Translations under genes and position numbers: made by a program | In this document: positions 48,301 to 61,699 of the stretch, piece after piece | Numbering within the stretch: the stretch's first letter is position 1 | Layout: every line of letters starts with the position of its first letter | NCBI GenBank assembly: GCA_965202585.1 | Contig: OZ241829.1 | Coordinates: 49,228,001 to 49,292,000, forward strand | DNA length: 64,000 nucleotides | Source: Thalia democratica | Lineage: Eukaryota | Direction: 5' to 3' | The notes under the pieces: generated by a model | What the model was told of the DNA's origin: nothing | The model's input: the letters and a program-made list of their open reading frames with translations, nothing else | Databases searched by the model: none

Positions 48301-51300
48301 CAGTTTGCCTGGTTCATGACTTCAAAAAAGCTTTCATAATTTGGAATGAATAAGACTGGAATTTTGAGTATTAATTTAGTTTAAAAATCATGTCACACTA
48401 AAAGTTATTTTAATTCATTAAACAGATAATAATAAATATGTGAATTTGATTGATTAAGTTTATATATTAAGATTAGTTATCAGTTAACCTTAAGCAAATT
48501 TAGGCAATTTAAACTAAATTGAATTGAAAACAAACGCAGATTTGTTCTCATATCTGCACAAGAGCTTCACATGGGTCCTTAAGAAGACAAGAGAGCGCCT
48601 AAAAGAATGTTTTCAACATGGCAGCCCATTAGAAGACGAAGTTGTTAAAAGAGAAGCTGCTGTTGAACCCGACAACAGTTTTAAAATAAAGAGTTTGATT
48701 GAAATAACTCCAAACAATTCCTCGTTTAAATCTCTCCGTGATGTGAGACAGGTAAATATTTTGTCTTATGAAACTTAAATAAGCTTATATGAATATTCAA
48801 AATAATTTTCCCTTTAAAGTTTTTTCTTATAAAATTTCAGTTCAAAGTTTCTTATTTTTTATTAATTTAAATTTTTGTTCATTATACAAAACTAGTAGTT
48901 CGAAAAGTAAGAGAGCGATATCGCCCGCTTGGTAAATTGTATCTTTTTGTATGAGAAATTGGTTCCACATTAATGATTATTGTCGGAAAAGAGTATATGT
49001 CGCCCTCTTTGGAAAACTTCGTATTAAAAAGTACCAAATTTCGTTCGATGTAACTAAGTGTTATCACGTTTCGCTTGTTTTCAAAGCTTAATAAATTAAA
49101 TATATCATTTAATGACCCAGTTTTCTTAAACAAACTATATAGATTCTATTTAATTTTTTTTAAGCTTATTATTTGAAATTATTTATGCATGTTTTAAAAA
49201 TGATAATACTACTGTAAAATTAAACAATAGTAAACTTGGCTAAAAATAATGTTAGCAATCATAAAAACTTATAGTTAGCTCTACTTTTTAACTTATACTC
49301 AATAGTTAAGTAAATATTTTTTTTTTCTTTTCTATAAAAGATCTTTATATTTTATTTGTTCTTTTATCAACAATAAATTTACCATTGTTCATATAATTGA
49401 TAAGTTTTTTATTTAATTTTTTAAGTTTCTTGAAATAAAACCTTTCTAATTTTCGAGAGGCCATATCTCAAAAAATAGTAGAAGCTAAAACCATAAAGTG
49501 TTATAAAAGTTTTATATAAGAGCAAAAATAATAATCACTAACTAAGTCCAGTAATTGTACTAACTGTGTAAAAACAGGCTTAAATACTTTATATCTTTAC
49601 AACTAGTGCAATAAATATTAAATTGATTAATTTATGTATTGCTCTGTATCTACTGATGAAAATACTGTAATTATATCTGAGTTTTTGCACTGAGTGTCTT
49701 TTGTATATTGTTTAAAATTAACTTCGACTTCAAATGTTTGTATTATTAAAAAAGATTATTGAAAGTCAGTTGTACAGTTTTGTGTTAAGCTTTTGGTTAC
49801 TCAAGCTAAAGTAAAAAGGAAAATTTTGTTGGTTAATTTTTTAAAAGAATGAAGCATATAAATGGTGAGTCCTAAGTGGGTTTTAGCTTGAATTAACAAG
49901 TCTAAATTAAACTTATTAACTAAAACTGAACTTTTTTTTTTGAAATCTGAAATATCAAAATATGAACTTAGAATTGGAAGTTTAAAGTACGTATATGAAA
50001 ATAAGTTGTGCTGAAAATTTCAATTAGGAGAGATTTAATATAATTAAAAGTTATATTTTAAAATGTACCGTGTTATAAAAAATTTTTTTTAAATTTAGGC
50101 GATGGGTCCCTACAACTTTCGTTTGATGATGTTTAATTTATTGCTTGGTAATCAACTAATTTGGATTCACCCGATGGAAAACTCACAAAAACTTATGACA
50201 TCATCAGCATTACGCCTCATTTCCTCTGTGCTCCCTGTTGGATGTTACAAAATTGTAACGTCATCGCAGAAGTACGTCAATTCCTACGCAGCTACTTTGC
50301 TAGGAATAGGAAAAGATGTCAAAATACCCAAACACGTGACAAATAACTTGCAGCATCACGTGATAGTGGATGTTTCAGATGAGGGAAAGTACAAAGTGAG
50401 TTCATCCCTACCTTCATCAACAGACCAAATGCCCAGTTACTTGAACAAACTGGAAAGTTTATTAGTAAGCGATCGCTATGATGAAAACATTTTCAACCAG
50501 GCAATGCAAGTGCACAAGGAGAGATGGATTAAGTGAGTTTTGTAAATGTTACAACATATATTATAAAGCTACACTGCAGCATGCTTGTAGTTTTTTGAAT
50601 ACTTGTAAAAGTCAAACTTAATGTTACTTTTTTTTTAACTTTTATGCTCCGTCATATAAATTAATACTAAAAATAAGTCACTACTCTTATAAACTGTTTG
50701 AGTATATATTTTAAAATTTAAAAACTGATCTTTTATAATTTTTTATTTATTACTCGAGAGAATAGGTATGGGTATTTATATTTTAATTTAGAACTATACA
50801 TGATATCTAACAACATAAGTTTATTGTTTTAATTGTAATTTTAGTTTAACTTCATTAAAGAATAGCTGATTTTTGTTAAAGCATACATATGGTTATTAAA
50901 TCAACAGAAATTTTTGTGACTGAAACTTTAATAGAGTTTACAACATATTAAGATAAGTCAGTATAACTTTACTTTGTTATTTTTAATTTTTCAAACTCTC
51001 ATGTTTGTCTGATTTTTAAAGCTCAGTTTACTTTTTTTAGATACTTATTTTATGTTGTTTATTTCATTAACAATTATACTTTTTATAATAGTAAAAAGTA
51101 TTCATAAGTTATTCCACATTTCGTAGTTGAATATCTTTCATATTCTGAATTTTATAGAAATTTTATAGAAAGTGATTTAATATGAGATTTTTTAACACTT
51201 ATATGAGCTAAAAAAGTTGACAACCTTTACAAATGTAGAAGTTGTTGTTCAACTTGTCATAATTTTAAAGAGGCGTATTAGATTCACTGATAAAGTTTGT

Positions 51301-53253
51301 AATGTCTCAATATATTTTTATTTTGTTTTAATTCCCTGTTTGTGCTAAATTATACAAAAAAGGGATACTAAGTTAAAATTTAATTTTTCTACTAACAAAG
51401 ATGTTATTTAAAATGATTGTAATTTATATAAAAGAGTTATTGAAAAAGTTGAAAAAAGTGATGATAAAATAAATATATTTTTAACTTACTACATTTTTCT
51501 GTATTTTTTATCATTAGTTTAATTAAATTTATATTTAATTTTTTTTTTATAATTAAAATAAGATACTAAATATAAAACATTTTTTAATTTCATAAACTTA
51601 TTAATAATTACTAATATATTTTAATGCTTTTAAAACTTTATAAGTTATTTTTTATAATATTTAAAAGTTTTTATTTTATTTTACTTAAGTCATTTAAAGT
51701 TTAAAGTATGAATTAAACAGAAAGTTAAGAAATATTTACGATCTATTTTTACAATTAGTATAATAAAAATTTGTCATTCTATTTTTAAAAATAAAATAGT
51801 TTAGTTTACAAGGATTTAAAAAAATATTCTCTTGAACTTATTTTGTATTTTTAAAGGTATTAACGATACATTACAAGATTTATTTTAGTTACACAATATT
51901 TTTTGTTAATCCAACTATTAAACTCTAAGTAATATACTTTTATTTTTCCGTTTTATATTTCATGAAAGACCTGTTTTTTTTAACTTTAAAATAATTTAAT
52001 TCAATTTCATACCATCGCAAAATTAAGTGCAAAGCATTAAGCACGTTTTAAGCTCGTGATAGGCATTTTCTTCATTGTCTTTAGTTGTTCAGTCATGTGA
52101 TGTCGCTCGTTTCCAAGTAGTAAACTGCTTAGCATTCTGTTTTACGTAAGTGTTTCTAGCATGAATCTTACATAAGGTAGTTGCTACATATAGTTTAGTT
52201 TTTTCGATAATTTAGAAATTGAACTATTACATTAATGTACTTTAAAAGTTACTAATCACAAGTTTCCGCTTAAAAAGCCCAACAGTTACATAATATAAAC
52301 TTAAGTACTTTGTTTAATAGGTCAAAAATTTTCTTTTTTATTGTTGTATTGAAATTATACTTTTTAAGTTTACTTCTAAAATAAGTACGTAAATTTTTGT
52401 GTTACTAATAAGTATTTAAAAAGTCCTTATCTGCTGTATTTTAAAAATTTTCAAATTTTTTTTATCAACATTAATCCATTACAAAAATAGTTATATAACT
52501 TACTTGGTAATGAAGTAAACTTTTTTTGTGTTCAAATATAAGTATTCTGTTAATACATAAAAAGTACTGCTAAAAAAATTTTGAAAAAAATATAGTACAT
52601 TGTATTTGATTATGTATAGAATACTTTCACTACTCCTAAAAGTTTCAATGCATAGTAAGGTATTTAAGCACACGTGCATACTTTAAAAAACACTGGTTTG
52701 TAATTATAATTCATTAATACTTTGCTTAATTCTCTCCGTTTATTTTAGATTAATTTGTTGTGTAAAATTTTTAAGACATCTCAGATAATGTTTGGTTGAT
52801 TTTATTTAGTGATGACTCAGAGTTGTGATACTAATGTTTGAATTTACAACAGATAAAGATTTTTAACGAACTAAGTAAACAAAGTTGTAATTTTTTTTTA
52901 TATATAATATTACGTCTTATGATATTATATAATATGTTTTACTATTCGCGAACTGCTAAAAGTGCAGCTTTATTTAGCTAATTAAATATTGAATAAAAAC
53001 TGGTTGGTCTAATTAATTTTATTATTTTTTCAGTTTTGCAAAAGTACTCTACAAGTTTGCCCGTATCGACAACCACTCCTCTCAACTTTCCAAGAAACTC
53101 CTCCGCGATACGCTTCACTGCACTAACCACAATGACGTCACAATGTGTAAATTTTTCATGACAGGTATTTCGCAGCAGTTTAAGTTGCAATTACGACGCA
53201 GTAGAAGAGAATCGGCTACCAGTTTGAATTTTCAGAAAACTACTAATACCTGA
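44931..53253 (+). CDS. FLCN: Folliculin; join(44931..45355,45881..46130,47719..47881,48540..48751,50099..50532,53034..53253), 567 aa
   Basis: N-terminus MEASMSLCHFCDNHGP matches FLCN MNAIVALCHFCELHGP; CDLCESL; LRQASIASLTSEVCPSKEG; DFQSRGSKRIY (Arg codon 46017-46019, at the position of the RagC/D GAP arginine as I recall); YLHKSFTWVL; FKSLRDVRQ; LLLGNQLIW; KFFMTGIS. All introns GT-AG; 1704 nt. Confidence 0.93.
45881..46130 (+). CDS. FLCN: FLCN coding exon 2 (longin domain)
   Basis: ttacag / gttagt boundaries; SLTSEVCPSKEGAFMFG. Confidence 0.9.
47719..47881 (+). CDS. FLCN: FLCN coding exon 3
   Basis: ttttag / gtaagc boundaries; KCSEKVFSKE...TARPLTQI. Confidence 0.85.
48085..48320. mobile_element. 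Degraded hAT-like MITE in FLCN intron 3
   Basis: ggccgca / tgcggcc / gcgggccgcagtttg subterminal motifs typical of hAT MITEs; related motifs at about 15365-15590. Confidence 0.4.
48540..48751 (+). CDS. FLCN: FLCN coding exon 4
   Basis: cgcag / gtaaat boundaries; DLFSYLHKSFTWVLKK...SFKSLRDVRQ. Confidence 0.85.
50099..50532 (+). CDS. FLCN: FLCN coding exon 5 (DENN domain)
   Basis: atttag / gtgagt boundaries; FNLLLGNQLIW...PSYLNKLE...KERWI. Confidence 0.9.
53034..53253 (+). CDS. FLCN: FLCN terminal coding exon
   Basis: tttcag acceptor; FAKVLYKFARID...CKFFMTGISQQFK...*; absent from the ORF track because it has no start codon. Confidence 0.85.
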
Positions 53254-55289
53254 TGAAACAACTTAGATTTGTGTAAAAATAAAAACTAAATGGCTTAAAA
53301 GTAAATATTTTTAAATTAGGTAATAAAAAACTCTTTTCAATCTTGTGATATTAGTTGTTTTTAATGTTTATTCTATATAATCAGAGTTTTATTTGAGTTA
53401 ATATTTTACGTAAGTTTTTAATTATGAGATTTCAAAACAATAGTTTTAGGTTTTATGGTTATAGTTTTTGACCTCAATATGTATATAGTTTTATAAAATG
53501 CCAAGTTTTTAGTTTAGAAAGTTAAATTTTAATTTTGTTAAGTTGTTTTATTTGCGTTCTAATTTTACTTTGTTTTGTTTTTATTTATAGTGCGGTTATA
53601 TATATAACAAGCAAAAAATTTATTTTTTACAAAAAAAAACAACTTATAGGGTGCTGTTACATCAGAAGTTTTTTTTTGAATTTTTTATCTGTTAATTTCT
53701 ACGTCATTCATTGTTTTTTTGTTATTTATTTCTACTATGAACTCTGTGAGTTTAATTTGGTTTTATAATGAATTAGTTATTAAGTTTTAACTTCAAGAAA
53801 TTTATAGGAAATTATATGGATACTTTATATTTTCTGAGCTTTAAATTTTTTAATCACTTAAAAACTATATGAGCGTGAAGCACATTTAAATTAAGTTTGA
53901 TATGTATGCAGTTTATATTTACTGCTTCACTTGAAGTATGTTTTTGGTGTTTTTTTAAGTTTTGTAATTTTAATAAAGTTTGTATCTTTTAATTACTATT
54001 AGAATCTCAATATCAAAAGTTTTGGTTTTTGTATAACTATTTAAACTGATTAAACTTTTGTGAAATTGATTTACATTGAATAGATTTCTTTTTACCTCAC
54101 TTTTATTTGTTCGTTATTGGTTTTATTTATTAAAATTAAAAAAAAACTAAACTTTTGAAATATATAATGTGTATTGAAGGTATGCGTGATTTTAAGTTGA
54201 AAAAAGTAAAACAAGGCAAACTTAATTAAATATGTAAAATTTATTTAAGTCAAGTTTGTTTGAAATTAATCTACTACTGAAAAATACTACTAAAAGGAAC
54301 TTCGCCTTATCCCATAGTACAGGATTGGTAAAAAACCTGCAATTTCAAAGAATTTTTATATGTAAAGTTATAAAATTTCGGGAACTGCGCAATTCCAACC
54401 CGATCAATTCCAAGAACCGCTTACCGACCAAGGGTTAGGGGTAATAGTGATAGTAAAAAGTAAATAAACTAAATAAAACCTTTTTTTTTTAATGGTTGGA
54501 ATTGTGCGGGTGAGAATCAGGGGTGTAGTGGGACACTGGCGCATGCGTGCCTCCTAAAAAAAGAAGAAAATCATGTATTATCATTATCCGTCAAGCATTT
54601 TATTTTTATGGCTAATTAGTTTTTTTCGACTATTATCGAACTTTTTGAATACCAAGTATACATAGCCGGTGCGCAGAAAACATTGTGTACCGGCTTTGAT
54701 GCTAAACTTCATAAGGATTTTTTTTAAATTCATGATCTCAATATAAACTAAGATTCAAAAAAAGCTCAGTGATCTTTGTGCACCGTGGTAGTATAACAGT
54801 TATAACTAATTTTTCTACAAGGAAAAATACTAACATTTTGTAAACAAACCATCAAGATAAAACATATCCTATGATGGTAATGATTCAAGAATAAACAAAT
54901 TTTCATAAAAAAATTAATAAATAACTATTAATAAAATAAAAACAAATTAATAAAGAAAAAATATAAGTAATTATAATAAAACCGATGAAAAAACAAGTTA
55001 ATAATAATCAAAAACTGTTTGAAAGAGTTACAAGTTTTTGTTTATTTCATGTAGACGCCGTTTTGTCTTTTCCTCAGTGTTAAACAACTAAATATATAAG
55101 ACAGATTAAGTAATAAGATATATATTAACAGTTATACATTAAAAACTACAAATTACAGTTATAAGGTTAACAATGCACATAAACATTTATACATGACAAA
55201 AGTATATATATAACCCATCGAAAATGCTTAATGTGTGGGTGAACCGGTTTAGTTAATTGTTTATTTAAAATTGGACTCTAATGTTTAAT

Positions 55290-55560
55290 CAAAATAGCTT
55301 CGCTGATCAGAGTTTCAAACTTTTTTCTTCATTCTTTTAAAATACCAAAATTGTTAACAGTTATTCTTTCATTTTTACAAATACTAATATGGTCAGATAC
55401 AGCTGTTTTTCCTTTTCTATCTTCTTTGACTCTTTCTATTAGTGGTCTCGAAGTAAATCCAACATATTGGATGCTCTTATACTTAGAGCACTTATATTCG
55501 TAGACCACGTTAGATTTCGTGAGATGTATTGTCTTTGTGTTCCTAGTTACTTGCAAAACA
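55290..55560 (-). mobile_element. Penelope-like GIY-YIG endonuclease relic
   Basis: SNVVYEYKCSKYKSIQYVGFTSRPLIERVKE. Confidence 0.75.
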
Positions 55561-56284
55561 TTTTATTTCAATATAAAAGTTGTTGTTTATTACTAATTAG
55601 TAAGTAACTAGGAAGTAATTAATATTTTTATGTTAGTAAGTTTATATTTGTGAAAGAACAGAGACAAGAACCGATTTTTTTAAACAGCTGTTGTTGTTTA
55701 AAAAATGCTTTGTTTTAAAATAAATTATTGTTTTTTTTAAACAGTAACTTGAATTTTTTTTGTAATAGTAACTTTAAATTATTTTACATGAAGTACTTTA
55801 AACAAAGTGCTCTGGTTGTGTAACTTGTGTTGCATGCATATATTTCTTAATTGCTTTTTTTAGTTGGTACTTTTTTCTGTTTATCTTAATATATCTATGG
55901 TCAGTTTTGTGTGTGTTTATTCTGATTATGGTTGGCTGGTTTTAGTCTGTTAATGGGGAAATATATCTTTATGGGTGTGCGTGATTGTTTATTTGCTTTT
56001 TTCCAGTTTTGTTGTATTTTATTTGTTAGCTGTATATATTAATTACTGTAGCATAACAATAAGATAACTTTTTTCTTACTTTTATTAGACTCAACTTAAA
56101 TCTACTAATACAAGTTTCAGAAACTACTTTTTTTTTAATAGTTTTTAATTTTATTTCATTTTAAATTTTATGAGTAACATTTTAGTAAAACAGTTACTTA
56201 ATAAGTTTTAAGATAGTTTTTTAGTGCTAATGTGTTCATTAAAATAATAATTTAATGCATTTTTTCATCAACTGATTGTGAGTT

Positions 56285-56454
56285 CACTCTGGTGACAGTT
56301 ATCACATGATTGGATTGTTGGTGTGATTTTTTTGTTGTAACACCGGTGAACACTTACTTGGGGATTTGGGCTTTATGATTTTCCCACACTTTGTGGTTTT
56401 TTTTGTTGAGATTTTAGCCTTGTGAGTGTTCTCCAAATGGTGTGTCACCAAGTG
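56285..56454. repeat. Fold-back element, possible MITE
   Basis: Ends CACTCTGGTGACA and TGTCACCAAGTG; internal ggtgaacactta / tgagtgttctcc inverted pair. Confidence 0.45.
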
Positions 56455-59400
56455 TTTTTTTTTTAAGATGGTTTTTTGTTTATTTTATTTTTGGATTTTC
56501 AAAGTTAAACATTAATTGGGCAGGTAAAATTACACATGATGTAACACACTCATTTTTCCCTAGAAAACGTTTATCGTTGCAAGGGGTCTCGTGTCAGACT
56601 GATATTTTTTATCATAAAAAATATAAAGTAAATTTTACAATTATTATTAAAAAAAAAGGTTTTTATATAAAAGTTTTCAATTAGGGAATTTTTTTGAAAT
56701 TAGTAAATTTTGAGCAGTAGAAAAAATCGATCGTACAGAAAAAAAAATCATCAAAATTCTTGTTATTAAATAACACATTTAAAATAGCTTTACAGTATCT
56801 TTTCAATTATGTTATACTATTTTAGAGATTTTTTTTTACCTTAGATTTAATTTTATTAAATAAATAGACAAAAAAAAAATGTTCTTTGAAAACCTGTAAG
56901 AAGTTAGGAAAACATTGAAAAAATTTCAAAAACTATATGGTTTTCTAAAGTTTTTTTGTTCATAATTCAACTTAATTCGAATATCTTTATTACTTACTTG
57001 ATATTTTCTACCTCTATTTGTTTATAAATATATTTCTAAAAGTTAGAAAAATATTGAATTAGAAGTGATCAAGTTTAAAACTTACTATATTAGAAAGTTA
57101 TAATAAGAAATAAATCTAGTTAAAAATTATAGTAAACCGTTGATTAACACTATTGTTTATTCAAAATTATTAGTAGTTAAAAGCTAATATACATTTTTAT
57201 TACAGCTCACCAAGCAGCACTAAAAAACGTTTAACTTCGTCAATAATTCTAAAATGTTGGTTTCGTACCACTAGTCCTGAAACAGAATCAAACAATGTTA
57301 ATTTTCCTGAAAAAAAATTAAACTCCATGACCATAAAACATTAAAAGAAGGTAAGTAGAAATTATATCTAAGGTAAACCTGGTCAACTTGTAAGGCTCAG
57401 CAAAAAATAACTTAAAAACAGTTGTTTAATGTTCGTATCAAAATTACTTACTCAATTTTATGCATATGGACTAAATAAGTAAGTAAAACAATCAGTAATT
57501 TAAAAATTGTTTGAGTTGTTTTTAATTGTTAGCAAAAAAGAATTACATTTTCTTAGTAGACTTAAGAATATAGTTTGGTATCTTATTTAGTATTATTTCA
57601 TTACACAAAAAAAATCTTTTTTAATGATTGCTATTTTTATATGATATATAACCTACTAATAGTACATTAAATATTACTAAAAAGTTGTCTGCATGAAACA
57701 TACAAGTACATTGGAAAATGTAAAAAATAAAGAAGAAATTATTTTTTAAAACAGTTTTATTCTGGGTCAAATAATATTTTAATATTTCTAATGTACAATT
57801 TTTTCTACTATTTTTATTTAATGTATAATTCCTACTAACTAAATTTGAATAGTTATTGAAATTAATAATACACATGAAATATGTTGAATCAATTATAACT
57901 TGAAGAGTTGTATGCAGTTATAACTTTAACAGTTAATAATCTTTTAGCTCGAAAATAATCTTAAACTTCAAAAAAATTAGGTTTAAATTAACATAGCTGA
58001 AATAATTATATTTAAGAGGAGGTAGCTCGTCTTATTTATTACTCAATGTTTACTTTAATTGCTATATAAGGTTTGTTTTTTACAAATATTCAAAGCGGCT
58101 TCAAAACAACATGTATTAGAATATGTTACAAAAGTTTAAAAGTTAGAAATAGATTGAGTGTTTTAAGTAAAACTAATTAAAGTAGTAATCAACATATTTT
58201 ATTTGCTTTAAAAACGTATGAAAATTTAATTTATAAATTATCTTACCTTGTAGATTATTTTAAGCCATAAATCAAACTTTTGTTTTCTTTTAGTTGTAAT
58301 AAACTTAAAAGTATTGTACTTGATTGAGAAATTTGTAACAAATTTCGAAAAAAGATACTTTAAATTAAAGATAAACAATAATATATAAAGTCAATTATAT
58401 TACACACTTCTGTCTAAACAAATCTTAAAACTGTTTAAATAATAGTTTAATAAAGTCGGCGATGTCGTCCCTTTGTTGGACATCGACGTGAAAACTTTAT
58501 TATTTTCACTTCAATAATCCAAAAGTCGAGTTCATAAATAATTTTATTTTTGAATCGTTTTCTTTTTATTATCAATAATTCTTAAAATCATAAAAAATTT
58601 TTGATTTTAAAAACATAGTTTCGAACAAATAATAGCAACTGCTAGTCGACACATTTTCCTTAATGCAGTGTAGAATTAACTACCAATCACGCCGGGTATC
58701 ATGCTTCAATCAGGATGTTATAATTAGAATCATACCTTGATCATGCGCGGAACTGCTATGCAATCTAAAGTTCCAGAAAAAGAATCGAAAAACTATAAAT
58801 ACGTCCAATCAGAGCGTGAATTAGGGAATTTACCTCGAAACAAGCACGAAGCGAAACTCTGCTGCTCGCAAATTTGAGCATAAGTTGCCATCTTTGAAAA
58901 GCTAGATGATCTCCGGCCAAACCTTCTTAAACAAGTTTTTGTTTGTTTGTCTGAAACATTAACTTTATACTTAATTTCATAACTTCGTAGTTTTTATATC
59001 TTGTTTTATATACGCTTTATATACCTACTTTAGCAACGTCGACGGGGCGTACAACTCGATTTGAGTTGTTAACGTGCCATACTCATAAGCCAACGCGTAC
59101 TATAGCAGACTAGCTGTCCTCCAGCAACAACTTCCAGTTTGGATCAATTTGAACGTTGAACTCGACGCATAAGCCCACGCATTCGGTGGCAAAAACTTAT
59201 TATTTTTCATTTTCTTTATTTCAATGTTGTATCTTTTTATCTCGCGCGCTCTATATCCGGTGTCAATGATGAAGTATAAGTCCCTACTTTTTGAACCAGT
59301 AAACTGTACGAGTAACCATTTGTTACAGCACAACTAGAATTGTGAACTGCAAGAAGCTTTCTCAAGTAGTAAACCCTTCTTATTGTGTCATTGGTTTTAT

Positions 59401-61699
59401 TGTATAATAAAGCATATAGATACTTTATAGTCTATATTTAAATTTATACTATATGTAAAATAAATAGGGTATTAGCTCTTAAACCCTCTTGCACTCGGTC
59501 GCAGACCGAGGTATCAACTAAAGATAAAGATGGCCTCGAAGCTACTGCTAATCTGGCTCCTGTCGAAACTGCCAAACCTGTTACAAAGGCGGTTTCACAT
59601 AAATCTAGAGACCCAAGTAGCGCGGAGTACATCACCTTGGGAGCGGTTTTGGCATTCAGAGGCAGCAACTAGTAAGAGGGACGAATTGTAAATTGGCTTA
59701 TTTAGTAAAGAGCAATACCCTAGTAAAAGAAGCGATTTTTTTTTTTTTTTTGCCAAGTGTTCGATTATGAAAAAAATTGGTAACCCTGATTAAAAAATAA
59801 GCTAGAATATATATGTTTTGATTTTGTTGTTGCCGACTACAAAATAAATAAAAAACAGCAACATTTTTTCAAACTTTAAGAACTTTTGCCATTTCCGACA
59901 ATCTAAGCAACGCGTTTTGTAGTAAATCTTGCATTCTGTGTTACAAAGATTAACAACTGCCAACAATTATAAAAAAATATATGTTGTCGCACGCATTTAC
60001 TACTTTTTTACTCATTAGGATGGTTATTAGGTCGATTCAACTGCTAATGAATACGTTTAAAAAATTTTTGGTATGACATTTAGTGTTTTTTTTTTATGTT
60101 GTGCTTTTAATAACAAAAATTTTTTTCATCTTGATTAATAAAGTGTCAGCAAAGTATACAATAACCTCATTGAGTGCAGAATATAATGATATACGTGAAT
60201 TAGTTAAGCAAACTCTTTACTTCTAAGAATTCATCAAAAAAACATTCAAATCACAAAAATTTAAAACATTCAAATGTTTTTTCTAGTTTAATTCACATAA
60301 ATGTTTAAACTTAAAATATTTTTTTATACTAACTCTTAATTTTAGCATTAAGTTTTTACTAGTAAAAATAATTTACTTATGATTTGTCTGTGTTATCAAA
60401 GCAAAAAGAGTTTTAAAAATCTAGAAAGGTTAAAGAAAACTCCAAGCAACTAAGTTGAGTGTTGTCTACACAGTCTTTAGTTGAATAGAACAGGTTTAAG
60501 TACTCTGATCACTTCTATCATTGATTATATTAACAACAGCGCATGAAAAGTTGATATTTAAAGGAAAATGATCACGGGTTGGGACTGAGCGGTTCCATTA
60601 TAAACTTAACCCTGATTTTACAGGGTTCCGAATAATTTTTAATTTTTTCTATATCTAAATTTCTTCCAGGTTTTTGAATGTACAAGTTTTTTTCACCATT
60701 TTTAGTATAAGGTTAATTTAAAGTAAAAAATGTCTTAAGCAGTATAAAAATCTTTAAAAGATACTGTAACACTACTTTTAAAAAGTTATAAAAAAAATCA
60801 AAAACAAAAAAAATTATTGTGTAAGATAGTTTTATTGTATCTAATAAAAATTTCATTTCTTTACATAAATAAACTGTTTAAAATTCCAGGACTTTTTTCA
60901 GTTCCCTAAATTCTAGGTGTTTTAGCCTAAATTGTTAAATTCCAAGACTCTAAGTTATATCATAGATTTTCGTATCCAGTCTACATTTAATTCTTTATAT
61001 TATAACCCTCAGCTTTTGATACTAACACGTTTCCTGGTTTGTGTTGGCATGATATGTTATTCGGCTCAGGGTTACTTGTTGGTATGTAGTTACTAGCATC
61101 CAAAACCTTTTCAGTGGCTTGAGTACGAGTTGCGTGCTCAAAAACTAATCTCGAGCGGTCATAGGCTGACAAAGGTATGGATTTCTTGCTGCTAGCACTC
61201 ATATATCAGTGACTAGTGCTACTAATCGTGTTAATGAAAGTAAGCTACAAATAAAATTACTCTATAAGAGGTTTAGTATAGCCTAGCCTATAATTAAGTG
61301 CTAGAAACATAACTGAAGCTTAACTAGGTTAAACTCTAGTTGTAAACAATTGCGAATTAACACTCCATATTATTATATAATTTAACAATCTACGATCCTA
61401 GAAAAGAAACAAAGTGACTAGTTAAGTTGAAATTAGTGATGTTGTCAACAATATAAATCAATGCCTAACAACAAATAATACTTAGTAAGCGAATCAAAAA
61501 TACGTCTCAAACATAATCAAAACTAGTGCTCGAAAACTAAGCACATACGCCTACACACGCTTGACCTTGAAAAACAATACGAAAACACTAACATCTATTC
61601 TGTCTCACGTGATTTTCATACCGATTCTGCGTGTGTTTTACAAATCTCCTTCAGAACGAGACATAGCAGATATGCTTACAATATGTAAAAATTCCATGT

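Noticed and set aside
48882-49133. Minus-strand 83-aa ORF in FLCN intron 4 as a nested gene
   Set aside because: No recognisable domain; possibly a retroelement linker relic, too weak to call.
50161-50346. Overlapping 61-aa ORF
   Set aside because: Alternate frame inside FLCN exon 5 with no independent support.
52978-53190. Minus-strand 70-aa ORF as a separate gene
   Set aside because: It is the antisense shadow of the FLCN terminal exon (53034-53253), whose plus frame matches the FLCN C-terminus.
55045-55083. Possible hammerhead on the minus strand downstream of the 55329 GIY-YIG (CUGAGGA-AAAGAC-AAAA-CGGCG-UC)
   Set aside because: GAAA is mutated to AAAA and neither stem I nor stem II pairs; at most a dead remnant.
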